Source: a virus
Lineage: Duplodnaviria; Caudoviricetes
Strand: one strand, 5' to 3'
Virus record (IMG/VR): IMGVR_UViG_3300037478_000284
Location: 1-35,886 of that record
Length of the DNA stretch: 35,886 nucleotides
Shown in pieces: positions 1 through 8,699 of this stretch. The translations under genes were made by a program, and so were the position numbers. Numbering within the stretch: position 1 is the stretch's first letter; every line of letters starts with the position of its first letter. A model generated the notes under the pieces. The model was not told where the DNA came from and did not search any database. It saw only the letters and a list, made by a program, of their open reading frames with translations.

Positions 1-1
1 C

Positions 2-517
2 CTGGGTCTGGTCGGTGATGAGCACTTCCCCGAGCACCGCCACGTGGTTGGCCGCCTCGCGATCCCGTACATCACCCCGGGCGGCGTGGTCAACATGAAG
101 TTCCGCTGCGTTGAGGACCACGACTGCAAGGCCGAGAAGCACGCCAAGTATCTTGGCACCGTGGGCGCCGAGGACCGCCTGTACAACGTCCAGGCTCTAC
201 ATGATGCAGATGACACCATCCATGTTACGGAGGGCGAGATCGACGCGATCACGGCCACCGTGGCCGGGTTCCCCGCGGTCGGGATCTCGGGCGCCAGCAA
301 GTGGGCGGACCACTACGGCAAGCTGTTCGAAGATTTCGCCGAGGTCGTCGTGTTGGCCGACGGGGACGCGGCCGGCGAGGACTTCGCCGACCGGGTGCTG
401 CGGGAGATTGAGCACGCGCGGCCGATCTTCATGCCTGACGATGAGGACGTCAACAGCGTGGTCGTCGAGTTCGGCGACAAGCGGCTGCGGGAGATCATCG
501 AGGAGGCGAAGCGGTGA
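2..517 (+). CDS. DNA primase, Toprim domain (5'-truncated by window edge)
   Basis: Frame open from base 2; motifs 'RLAIPY', 'VTEGEIDAIT', 'VVLADGDAAG' (DxD) and 'DVN' are typical of phage Toprim primases. Confidence 0.9.
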   Translation: MGLVGDEHFPEHRHVVGRLAIPYITPGGVVNMKFRCVEDHDCKAEKHAKYLGTVGAEDRLYNVQALHDADDTIHVTEGEIDAITATVAGFPAVGISGASKWADHYGKLFEDFAEVVVLADGDAAGEDFADRVLREIEHARPIFMPDDEDVNSVVVEFGDKRLREIIEEAKR

Positions 518-855
518 TGGCCGGCGGGTACGGGCGCGTAAGTGCGGCGGAAAAGCGCGCCATGCTGGCAGCCGTAGGCGAGCCGTGGCCGCTGTGCGAC
601 TGCCACGGAAGGCTGAGGCGGTGGAAGGCAACCACCAGGCATCGAGCTGGTGGGCAGTGGACCTGTCAGGTTGGCAGCTCGGAGTATGTGCGACGAAGTA
701 ACCGGAGGCGAAACCGGAAGCTAACGGAACGACGAAAAAACGACCCCCTGACGAGGCTGAAATATCGAGAGTACATGCGTCAATACATGGCCCGCGGAGC
801 TGAGGAGCGAGACGAGCAGCGTCTAGCCCAGTTACTCGAAAGGACAGGCCAGTGA
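517..855 (+). CDS. Hypothetical basic protein with Cys/His motif (CDCH...C)
   Basis: ATG overlaps the primase stop (TGATG); Arg-rich; more AT-rich codons than its neighbours. Confidence 0.6.
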   Translation: MAGGYGRVSAAEKRAMLAAVGEPWPLCDCHGRLRRWKATTRHRAGGQWTCQVGSSEYVRRSNRRRNRKLTERRKNDPLTRLKYREYMRQYMARGAEERDEQRLAQLLERTGQ

Positions 856-1133
856 GTTACGGACACCGCAAGCGCTCGGACGCCGAGTTCGCTTGGGTCG
901 ACACTCGCGAGACCGTGAACACGGCCCTGCGCTCGATCCTGCGACGGGCCGCCAACCAGGTGCTCGACGACTACTTCCAGAAGCACTTCCTCCCGGCAAT
1001 CGAACGGGGCGAGATCCCGGAACTGGACGCCTCGCCTGTCCAGTTGCGTCGCCTGCTGCGAGACGAACTCGTGGCCCAGCAGACCAAGGAACTGGAGGCC
1101 GGCGATGGAGCTGCCGACCCGAGTGCGGAGTAG
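852..1133 (+). CDS. Hypothetical protein
   Basis: GTGA overlap with the upstream stop; GC3-rich codon usage. Confidence 0.7.
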   Translation: MSYGHRKRSDAEFAWVDTRETVNTALRSILRRAANQVLDDYFQKHFLPAIERGEIPELDASPVQLRRLLRDELVAQQTKELEAGDGAADPSAE

Positions 1134-1710
1134 GATCGCACCCAAGCGCACCCTCATCTGGGACTTGGAGCGGTCTCCGCACCTCGCCGAGGTGTACCAG
1201 ATCTGGGACCAGAACGTGTCTCGCGTGGGCCTCCTGAGGCACGGCGTCATGGAGTGCTTCGCCGCCAAGTGGCACGGCGACAACGGCGTCGAGTGGCACG
1301 GCGCGTTCGCGAACGAGGATGCTCGGATCTGGATGCTGGAGCGGGCGCGCAAGTTACTCGACAAGGCCGACCTGGTGGTCGGCTTCAATAGCCGCAAGTT
1401 CGACACCAAGCAGTTCAACAACGAGCTGCTGCGCTACGACATCGCGCCGCCGTCCGACTACAAGCACGTCGACCTGTTCGCGATCGGCAAGCGGCACTTC
1501 GACTTGCCGTTCAAGGGCATGAACGACATGGCCGAGTTGCTGGGCGTGGCCACCAAGCTGGACGTGGGTCACGGCATGGCCCTGATGCGCAAGTGCCTGG
1601 CCGGCGACACGCAGGCAATCAGCTCGATGCGCGCGTACAACACGCAGGACGTGGTCGTGACCGAAGAGGTCCTGGACGAGCTGATCCGCCGAGGGTGGCT
1701 GACACTGTGA
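1105..1710 (+). CDS. DEDD-family / RNase H-like 3'-5' exonuclease
   Basis: ExoI 'LIWDLE', ExoII 'VVGFNSRKFD', 'HVDL', ExoIII 'YNTQDV'; GGAGG RBS upstream. Confidence 0.85.
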   Translation: MELPTRVRSRIAPKRTLIWDLERSPHLAEVYQIWDQNVSRVGLLRHGVMECFAAKWHGDNGVEWHGAFANEDARIWMLERARKLLDKADLVVGFNSRKFDTKQFNNELLRYDIAPPSDYKHVDLFAIGKRHFDLPFKGMNDMAELLGVATKLDVGHGMALMRKCLAGDTQAISSMRAYNTQDVVVTEEVLDELIRRGWLTL

Positions 1711-2387
1711 TCACCGACGAGGAGCTGGAACTGTGCCGGAGGGTGGCGGCGAGCGTCGCTCGCCGCTTCCACGGGTTCGTCGAGCTGGACGACGTGGAGC
1801 AGGAGTGCCGGCTGTGGATTCTGGAGCACCAGTCCAAGGTCCAGGAGTGGCGCTCCGATGGGCGGCCCGAGCTGCCGCCGCTGGTCAGGGCGCTCACCCG
1901 ACGCGCCACCCAGTACGCGAAGGCCGAGCAGGCCGCTTGGAGGAGGTCCGTGCCACGAGCTTTCCGCGACGACTACACGCCGCAGCAGGTGCGCCTGGCC
2001 CTGCCGATGGCCCTGGACGACGGCCACGCCGAGGGCAGCGAAACCCTACAGGCTGTAGTCGCCGACATCAAGGTTGGCCTGGAGCAGCTGAGCGAGAACG
2101 ATCACGGCGTGCTGCGGGCGGCCGCGGACTTCGACTTCGACTATGAGGCCATCGCCACAGCGTACACGGACGACGAGGTCTGGTTGACCAAGGACGCGGC
2201 CGAAAAGCGAGTGTCTCGCGCCATCCATCGACTGGCCAGGGCCATGAACGCGGACGCCGAAGAGGCGCGCCGAAACGCGGGACCCACGTTCCGGGACATC
2301 GCCCGCTACTCCAACGCCGACATCATCGCGCTGCAGGGCCGCATGGGCGAGGCGCACGACAATCCAGGATCGGGAGACGGGATATGA
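1707..2387 (+). CDS. Phage sigma-70/ECF-like RNA polymerase sigma factor
   Basis: GTG start overlaps the exonuclease stop; region-2-like 'VARRFHGFVELDDVEQECRLW'; region-4-like HTH 'LEQLSENDHGVL...YEAIA...AAEKRVSRAIHRL'. Confidence 0.75.
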   Translation: MITDEELELCRRVAASVARRFHGFVELDDVEQECRLWILEHQSKVQEWRSDGRPELPPLVRALTRRATQYAKAEQAAWRRSVPRAFRDDYTPQQVRLALPMALDDGHAEGSETLQAVVADIKVGLEQLSENDHGVLRAAADFDFDYEAIATAYTDDEVWLTKDAAEKRVSRAIHRLARAMNADAEEARRNAGPTFRDIARYSNADIIALQGRMGEAHDNPGSGDGI

Positions 2388-2773
2388 ACCAAGCGGTTAG
2401 TGAACACGCGCGCGACTGGAACGGGTTCGTCACGAAGGACTCGGGTGCGCGGGCGGAGTACGCCAGCGGCATGGTCCGTGACACCGAAGAGGGTAAGGCC
2501 AGGTTCGACCTCCTCCTCGCCGAGGGGGTGCCCTACGAGGAGCAGATGCTCACCCGATTCGCCGAGCACATGACTCGCGGGGCGGAGAAGTACACCGCAC
2601 GGAACTGGGAGAAGGCTGAGGGCGAGGAGGAGCTGACGCGGTACAAGTCGTCGGCCCTGCGACACCTGATCCAGTGGCTCGCGGACGAGCGGGACGAGGA
2701 CCACGCCGCCGCCGTCATGTTCAACCTTCTGGCCGGGGAAACCGTGCGCTGGAAGATGGGGACCCGAACGTGA
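2384..2773 (+). CDS. dATP/dGTP diphosphohydrolase-like protein (DUF5664 type)
   Basis: 'GMVRD...GKARFDLL', 'GAEKY..RNWEK', 'SALRHL..W...EDHAAAVMFN' match this family signature. Confidence 0.8.
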   Translation: MNQAVSEHARDWNGFVTKDSGARAEYASGMVRDTEEGKARFDLLLAEGVPYEEQMLTRFAEHMTRGAEKYTARNWEKAEGEEELTRYKSSALRHLIQWLADERDEDHAAAVMFNLLAGETVRWKMGTRT

Positions 2774-2991
2774 AGCCGACCCCGTACCGGAAGGGCGACC
2801 GGGTGCTGATCCTGGCCGAGCGCGGCGACGGTGTCCCGCTGGAGCACTACCTGGCCCGCAACCAGGTCGGCGTCGTGGTCCGCACGGGACTGACTGATCG
2901 GGTCTGGGTGCGAGGCGACGGCTGGGGCATGTTCGCCGACACGGAGATCGAGCAGCTGCTGGAACCCGAGGAGATCCGGAAGTTGGACTGA
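2770..2991 (+). CDS. Small hypothetical protein, SH3/KOW-like beta pattern
   Basis: GTGA overlap; 'YRKGDRVLI...VGVVV...VWVR' pattern. Confidence 0.65.
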   Translation: MKPTPYRKGDRVLILAERGDGVPLEHYLARNQVGVVVRTGLTDRVWVRGDGWGMFADTEIEQLLEPEEIRKLD

Positions 2992-3007
2992 GCCCAAGAC
3001 GACAAGA

Positions 3008-3038
3008 AACGGCCACACCCTTTTGGGGTGTGGCCGTT
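3008..3038. terminator. Bidirectional intrinsic terminator between convergent arms
   Basis: 13-bp perfect stem AACGGCCACACCC / GGGTGTGGCCGTT with a short T-rich loop, flanked by A-rich and T-rich bases, located between convergent stops. Confidence 0.85.
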
Positions 3039-3060
3039 CTCTTGAACGGAATCTGTCGTG

Positions 3061-3288
3061 TTACACGACGCCGCCCGTGACCAAGTGGACCACGATCCAG
3101 GTCAGGCCCAGGGCGAGGGCGCTGCGTCGCACCCACACCCACCCCGTGGGGCGCTCATCCTTGACGGCGAACCACTTCCACAGGTGCTCGGACAGGGTGT
3201 CGTCCTTGGTCTTGTTGAACACGGCCGGCAGCTCGATCGCGAAGAACAGTGCGACCCAGGCCAGCCACAGGATGGTCCACTCGCTCAT
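3061..3288 (-). CDS. Small two-TM membrane protein (lysis cassette)
   Basis: Two hydrophobic helices; 'DTLSEHLWKWF' motif; last gene of the late operon. Confidence 0.75.
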   Translation of the reverse strand: MSEWTILWLAWVALFFAIELPAVFNKTKDDTLSEHLWKWFAVKDERPTGWVWVRRSALALGLTWIVVHLVTGGVV

Positions 3289-3554
3289 TCCGGGTCAACC
3301 GTCTCGGCTTCGGCGGCCAGCTTCTCGGCCGACCAGTCTCCGAACTTGTCCGGCTTCCAGGGCGTGACCTTCTGCCGGGCGTACAGCGAGAACAGGAGGG
3401 CGGTGACCGTGTTGATGCCGGCGATCTGTTCGGCGGACACCTCCAGCCCGAACGAGGCGGCCAGGACCAGGGCCGAGTTGACGCCGCCCAGGATGACCGG
3501 CCAGCCGATCCTGTCGTACCACTTCTGGCCCGTCGAGGGCGCGGTGAAGTTCAT
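3285..3554 (-). CDS. Putative holin
   Basis: Two TM segments with 'FGLEVSAEQIAGI' and 'ARQKVTP', typical of actinophage holins; downstream of the endolysin. Confidence 0.75.
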   Translation of the reverse strand: MNFTAPSTGQKWYDRIGWPVILGGVNSALVLAASFGLEVSAEQIAGINTVTALLFSLYARQKVTPWKPDKFGDWSAEKLAAEAETVDPE

Positions 3555-3578
3555 GGGGTTCCCTTCCTTCGGGGTTTG

Positions 3579-3959
3579 TCAGAACCTGGTGACTACGGCC
3601 AGGACCATGGTGACGGCGGCGACGACCCAGCCCAATCCGGTGGCCACCCCGCTGGAGCGCGCCAGCCGCCTCTCCACGACGCCCTCCAGGTCCTCGACCT
3701 TGCCGCCGATCTGGTCGAGACGCTGCTCGGCCTCCTTGCGGGGCATGAGCGTGCGCTGGTAGTCGCCGACCATCTCGCGCAGCTCATTGAGGCCTTCGAG
3801 CCGGCGCTCGACGGCGCCCTCGGCCTTGATGATGGCCTCCTTGGCGTTCCTGCTGTCGGCCTGGGCCTCGCTCCGCGCGGAAGCGATCTCGGCCGACAGT
3901 GTGCGGTCCAGCGCCTTGATCTGGCTCTCCAGGAGTTCGTGCAGCGTGACGTTTCGCAT
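3579..3959 (-). CDS. Coiled-coil protein with C-terminal TM helix (lysis accessory)
   Basis: ATG at 3959 overlaps the upstream stop; 'RRLEGLNELR' coiled coil; hydrophobic C-terminus. Confidence 0.7.
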   Translation of the reverse strand: MRNVTLHELLESQIKALDRTLSAEIASARSEAQADSRNAKEAIIKAEGAVERRLEGLNELREMVGDYQRTLMPRKEAEQRLDQIGGKVEDLEGVVERRLARSSGVATGLGWVVAAVTMVLAVVTRF

Positions 3960-4378
3960 CAGGCCCCCCAATTCGCCGCCTGGGCGTGGCCCGTGCGCAG
4001 CTCGTAGTCCTTGTCCAGGTGTTGCAGGTAGTTGCCGGACTTGAATACCGACCAGGGCGTCCAGTCCGTGCCGCCCTTCGAGATCACGAAGGCGGCCGAA
4101 GCGTTGTAGTCGACGTGGCGCAGCGCGAACGCGATGCGCCACAGGTCGGCGGCATTGCCGGACCGGTGGTCGCGCAGCGAGCGGATCTGGAACCAGCCGA
4201 CGCTCGGCCCCCAGTCGACGTTGACGAGGCCCAGGTCGCCGACCGCGTCGGTGTACGCGAACAGTGGCCCGTCTGGGGCCCAGCCCTTGGACTCGCCGTA
4301 GCCGACGGCCTTGGCGATTCGACGCTTCTGTGGATCGGTGAAGCCCGCCCGGATCAGCGCCTCATCGGCCGGGCTCAC
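3959..4378 (-). CDS. Lysozyme-like / lytic transglycosylase protein
   Basis: GTG at 4378 overlaps the amidase stop; catalytic-like 'AVGYGES', 'SVGWFQIR', 'YNASAAFVIS.GGTDWTPWS'. Confidence 0.8.
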   Translation of the reverse strand: MSPADEALIRAGFTDPQKRRIAKAVGYGESKGWAPDGPLFAYTDAVGDLGLVNVDWGPSVGWFQIRSLRDHRSGNAADLWRIAFALRHVDYNASAAFVISKGGTDWTPWSVFKSGNYLQHLDKDYELRTGHAQAANWGA

Positions 4379-5370
4379 TGAGGGTTCGATGCGCCGAACC
4401 CGATCTGGATGTCGGCGAGCGCACTGCGCACGACGGCGTCCACGTCGGTCAGGGTGATGTTGCTCGGGGGCAGGCCGGCGAGGATGGCCCGCGCCAGCGC
4501 TTCGACGTCGACGGTCTGGATCGCGTCGACCTTCGCGTCGACATCGGCCAGCTTCGTGCCGTTGTCCTTGCTTTGGCTGAGCGCCGCAAAGGCGTTCTCG
4601 CGCGCGTTGTACGCGAACTTCTGGATCGAGGCCCACATGTCGCGAGGCGCGTCCGCGCCGCCAGCTCCCGTGGTGCGCGGGATCGGCGAGAATAGGGCGC
4701 TGCGAATTGCGAACAGCGCCTCTCGTTCGTCGGGTAGCAAGTCGTCCTCCTCTGCGCCGCCAAGCAGCGCGTCTCGTGTGTCCTGTCTCATGGTGTACAT
4801 CTTGTGGCCGCCGGGGTCGACCTTGCGGCCCGACCACTCCCGGTGGCCGACGTCGCGCTGCGCCGTCCAGCCCATCTCGCGGTCCAGCTCGGCGGCCAGG
4901 GCGATGGACGCCCTGTACTGCGCGGTGGTCATGGGCTGGCCGCCCGTGTACATGATCTCGACGCCGTAGGCGATGGCGTTGCCGTCCGTGTCGTCGGGCC
5001 CGGGCCCGATCTCGCTGGTGTAGGGTGCCGCACTGTTGCGCATCTTGCTCAGCGTCGAACTGGAACCCCTGCCGGCGTGGTTGGCGCGCCCCAATGCTCC
5101 GAGCCAGATCTCGCCATTCGCGCGGACGGCCCACTGGCACAGGGGTCCCGGAATGCCCTCGCTGGCGCGGCCCGAGATGAACAGGAAGTACAGGTAGTCG
5201 TCGGACTGGGAACTGCCCCCAGTGTGGTGCCAAAGGAAGCCGGCCAGGGGGCCGAACGTGCCCGGTCGGCCACGGGTCTCCCAGCCGGGATACAGCTTGA
5301 CCGTAAATCCGCGGGTCGCCAGGCGCGACGCGACTCTGCGCAGCTCCGTTGCCGTTAGTGGTGCACTCAC
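4375..5370 (-). CDS. Endolysin, N-acetylmuramoyl-L-alanine amidase (Amidase_2 type)
   Basis: 'GWETRGRP', Zn-ligand 'WHHTGG', 'ANHAG', 'GVEI', 'GHREW..RKVDPG'. Confidence 0.92.
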   Translation of the reverse strand: MSAPLTATELRRVASRLATRGFTVKLYPGWETRGRPGTFGPLAGFLWHHTGGSSQSDDYLYFLFISGRASEGIPGPLCQWAVRANGEIWLGALGRANHAGRGSSSTLSKMRNSAAPYTSEIGPGPDDTDGNAIAYGVEIMYTGGQPMTTAQYRASIALAAELDREMGWTAQRDVGHREWSGRKVDPGGHKMYTMRQDTRDALLGGAEEDDLLPDEREALFAIRSALFSPIPRTTGAGGADAPRDMWASIQKFAYNARENAFAALSQSKDNGTKLADVDAKVDAIQTVDVEALARAILAGLPPSNITLTDVDAVVRSALADIQIGFGASNPQ

Positions 5371-5392
5371 GTTGCGTTCTCCCTAACCATCC

Positions 5393-7252
5393 TCAGTCCC
5401 CCAGAGTTCGTACAGTCACGTATGACCGGCCGCCGAAGTTCTTGCGGTTGTGGTCTGGCGACTGTGCCCCCTCGTGGAGCACCTGCTCGATCATCACGCG
5501 GCGACTCTCGCCCGTGCGCAGGTCGCGCATGATGACGACCTCGGACAAGTTCTCCAGGTGTTCCAGACCCGCCTGCCGGGCATAGGCGAAGCCCTCGCCG
5601 CCGACCGTGACGTTCTGCCGGTTCTTCTCGTAGTCGGCCAGCTGCAGCGGGAAGCGCAGCAGGCGTTGCTGCTTGGTGGGCGCCGGAAGCGCCCGCAGCT
5701 GGTAGCTGCGCAGCTCCGGCCCGTGCGCGTCGTCCGAGTCCGAGCGGGCCAGTACGAAGTGCATCGTGAAGTGCTCCAGAGTCTGCGAGTGTTGCGCGTC
5801 GACGTCGCGGTAGCCGTCGACGTTGCCCAGCGTGGTCAACGACGTCGGATCGTGGCCGTCATGCTCGTGAAGAACCGCGACAGTGGCTCCCCCGGTTGCG
5901 TCCAGACCGATGCGGATGCTTTCCACGTGCTTGTTCTCAACGGTGCCGAACCGGATACGGCCCGAGACCAGAGTGCCCGACGAGACGAGTCGTGTCGCGT
6001 GCTCGCGGTACGTGCCCGCCGACGCGACGGCGAAATGCTCCCGCCCCTGGAACCAGGTGACCGAGAGGACGGTGCCGGAACCCCCGGCAAGGTGATTGGA
6101 GTACGCGAACCCGAGTTCGCCCGCGACCTCATTGGCCAGGTCCACCTTTCGAGTCAGGCCGCCTTCGTGGCCCGTGTAGGCGAAGTCGCCGCGCCCCATC
6201 ACCGACATGGTCGGCAGGTCGTTCCAGATGAGCGGCCCCAAGGCCGCCTTGCCGGCGTCCACCAGCGCCACCCGGAACCCGGCCGTAGTGCCCACCAGCA
6301 GGAAGCCCAGGTAGCCGGACACCTGGTGGCAGTGTTCGCCCAGCGGCAGCTGGACGGCAACGGTGCCGGCGGTCAGGGTGGGCGTGGCGCCCTGCGCGTC
6401 GATCTCGATGACGTGGATGGCCGACCGCTCGCCCGAGTGACCGCCGGCCCACACTGCGCCAGCCGTCTCGGTGATGCCGGTCCACTCCCAGCCCGCGTCG
6501 GGATGCGTGTACAGCGCGGTGCCCGGGAAGGCGCCGCCCGCCAGGGTCAGTTCGAAGATCTTCGGGCCCACGGCGGCGAAGATGCGGTCCTTGGCCCAGA
6601 ACACCCTGACGGGCGCCCCGGCGCCCGTCCACAGGGCGGCGCTCAGCGCGGTGCCCGAGGCCTCGGCCAGCGTGTAGATGTTGCCGTTGTCGCCGACCAG
6701 GAACTGGGAGCCCGTGTAGGCGATCGACGCGGCGCTGGCCGTGCCGGTGACCGCGGTCTCGGTCGTGCCGTCCCACACGGACAGGGTGCCGCCGTCGCGT
6801 TGCAGCAGCCGGTTGGGTCCGGCGGCGATCTCCACGTCGCCGTTGACCGCGTCGGGACCCAGCTCGGTGTCCTTGAGCAGGTGTACCGAGCCGTCGTCGT
6901 TGAACACCTCGACGCCAGTCGAGGCGAAGTAGCGGGTCTCCGCACCCTCACCCTGCAGGGGCTCGTAGTAGCGGATGCCGGCCCCGCCGAAGAAGGCCGA
7001 CTGCGAACGCAGCCACCAGCCGATCAGCGACTGCTCGCCCACCAGCTGCTGCGCGTCGAGCTGCTCCTTGCGCCGCTGCGCCGACGACCGCTCGTACAGG
7101 TGCTCAGTGTTGATGTCCAGGAAGAACGGCAGGTTGCCGAAGGCGACGTCGAAGTCCTCCACGTCCACCGAGAACTGGCCGGAGGGGACTCCGCCTACGC
7201 CAGGCAATGCGGCAGGAATGCCCTCGGTAATGTCCCAGGAGAACGTGGCCAC
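5393..7252 (-). CDS. Tail nozzle / stabilisation protein (tail tubular B-like, beta-propeller)
   Basis: 619 aa beta-rich protein; position after adaptor and fibre in a podovirus-like module. Confidence 0.6.
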   Translation of the reverse strand: MATFSWDITEGIPAALPGVGGVPSGQFSVDVEDFDVAFGNLPFFLDINTEHLYERSSAQRRKEQLDAQQLVGEQSLIGWWLRSQSAFFGGAGIRYYEPLQGEGAETRYFASTGVEVFNDDGSVHLLKDTELGPDAVNGDVEIAAGPNRLLQRDGGTLSVWDGTTETAVTGTASAASIAYTGSQFLVGDNGNIYTLAEASGTALSAALWTGAGAPVRVFWAKDRIFAAVGPKIFELTLAGGAFPGTALYTHPDAGWEWTGITETAGAVWAGGHSGERSAIHVIEIDAQGATPTLTAGTVAVQLPLGEHCHQVSGYLGFLLVGTTAGFRVALVDAGKAALGPLIWNDLPTMSVMGRGDFAYTGHEGGLTRKVDLANEVAGELGFAYSNHLAGGSGTVLSVTWFQGREHFAVASAGTYREHATRLVSSGTLVSGRIRFGTVENKHVESIRIGLDATGGATVAVLHEHDGHDPTSLTTLGNVDGYRDVDAQHSQTLEHFTMHFVLARSDSDDAHGPELRSYQLRALPAPTKQQRLLRFPLQLADYEKNRQNVTVGGEGFAYARQAGLEHLENLSEVVIMRDLRTGESRRVMIEQVLHEGAQSPDHNRKNFGGRSYVTVRTLGD

Positions 7253-7282
7253 TTCGACTCACCTCGCGTGTCGATCGTTGCG

Positions 7283-7603
7283 TCAGGACGCGTTGCGCTT
7301 GCGAATGTACCCGGCCGCAGATTCGCGGGCCTTCTTCGCGCCCGCCCGCCGGTTGACCGGCGTGCGACCCAGTCCGACGCCCCGGGCCTTGGACGAGGCG
7401 TGGGCCTTGCCGGTGGCCGACGCGGCGCCGACGGCGCGCGCGGCGGGCTTGCGCTTGGGCGTGCTGGGCGCAGACTCCTTGGCGTACAGCGCGCGCAGCT
7501 GGGCCTTGGCGTCCTCGATGCGCCCGTGGGTGCCTAGGACCCGAACGCCGGCCTTCTTGGTGACGACGAACTTGCCGCCGCGGTTGGAGATCTTGTATGG
7601 CAT
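7283..7603 (-). CDS. Small highly basic phage protein
   Basis: GGAGG RBS; N-terminal 'MPYKI...GTH...AKAQLRALYA.E' module followed by a Lys/Arg/Ala tail. Confidence 0.7.
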   Translation of the reverse strand: MPYKISNRGGKFVVTKKAGVRVLGTHGRIEDAKAQLRALYAKESAPSTPKRKPAARAVGAASATGKAHASSKARGVGLGRTPVNRRAGAKKARESAAGYIRKRNAS

Positions 7604-7616
7604 GGTTTCCTCCCGG

Positions 7617-8696
7617 TTAGATGCTGGCGCCCAGCCGGCGTCCTGTCATCCACGAGCCCTTGTGGACGATCGTGGCCGTCCCCCCGGACGTGTTCTGCGC
7701 CCAGCGGAACCGCAGGAAGTTGGAGGCCGAGCTGAGCGACACGTAGCCACGAATGTGCGTGGTCAGAATCGCCGCCGCGCCGTTGCCGGGTATGGGGAAC
7801 GTCTGGCCTTCGGTAAAGCTGCCGACGACGAACGGCGGAGAGACGCTGCTGTCTCGCGTGGACACGTGCTGGAGTTGGCTGGCGGTTACAGTGCCCGTGG
7901 TTGCCGTGACGTCTATCTGGATGTCGCTGGCGGTGGTCGCCTCCCAGACTATGAACAGCTCGATGAGCCAGGTACCCGCGCCCAGTCCCGGATTCAGGAC
8001 CAGATGGTCGTCGTTCTGCATGACGGTGCTGTTGACGACGCTCTCGGCGGCCGTCTTGAGCGCATGCACCTGCTCGGACAGCGACGCATTGGTGATCACG
8101 TTTGTCGCCGAGTCCAGCGTCTTGTTGGTCAGCGTCTGCGCCTCGGTGGTCCCAACGACCACGCCCACGCCGTGCGTAGAGGTGTCCGCCTCGTGGGCGG
8201 TCAGGTCGGCCGAGGTGGCGCGGAGGCCGATCGCGGTGTCCTGGGCGGCCTGATCCGCCACCAGGCCGATGATCGCGGACTGCGGGACGTCCAGCAGCGT
8301 GTTCAGGTCGCCGTCGACGGTCTTGTTGGTCAGCGCCTGCGCCTCAACAGTTCCGACGACCACGCCGACGCCGTGAACGTTCACGGCGTCCTCGTGGTTT
8401 CGAGACCGCTGCAGATCTTCGCCAGTCATAGCGTGCTGGAACACGGCGCCGCCCGCGTGCGCCTGTCCCGAGGTGCCCTCCTTGCCGCGCTGCATGGTGA
8501 CTGTCACGCCAGTGATGTTGGTGACGTAGACGATCTCCTCCGCGCCGGCTCCAGGGTCAATGAGCACCTTGAATGGGTAACTTGTCGGGTAGCCGGCCGG
8601 CGAGTTGGCCAGGGTCAGCGTGGTGGTCGCGCCGTCGATCGTCGAAGCCAGCGCGTTGGGCACCGCAACTGACGAGTAGAAGAATGCAGCGGCCAC
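7617..8696 (-). CDS. Tail fibre / minor tail protein
   Basis: Anchor-like 'EEIVYVT...VTMQRG.EGT...H..GA'; duplicated 'HGVGVVVGT.EAQ.LTNKT'; C-terminal 'LRFRWAQNTS' beta domain. Confidence 0.75.
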   Translation of the reverse strand: MAAAFFYSSVAVPNALASTIDGATTTLTLANSPAGYPTSYPFKVLIDPGAGAEEIVYVTNITGVTVTMQRGKEGTSGQAHAGGAVFQHAMTGEDLQRSRNHEDAVNVHGVGVVVGTVEAQALTNKTVDGDLNTLLDVPQSAIIGLVADQAAQDTAIGLRATSADLTAHEADTSTHGVGVVVGTTEAQTLTNKTLDSATNVITNASLSEQVHALKTAAESVVNSTVMQNDDHLVLNPGLGAGTWLIELFIVWEATTASDIQIDVTATTGTVTASQLQHVSTRDSSVSPPFVVGSFTEGQTFPIPGNGAAAILTTHIRGYVSLSSASNFLRFRWAQNTSGGTATIVHKGSWMTGRRLGASI

Positions 8697-8699
8697 GGC

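Noticed and set aside
3959-5233. 424-aa minus-strand ORF as a single protein
   Set aside because: The first 285 codons are an alternative frame of the amidase; only 3959-4378 (GTG start) is protein-like
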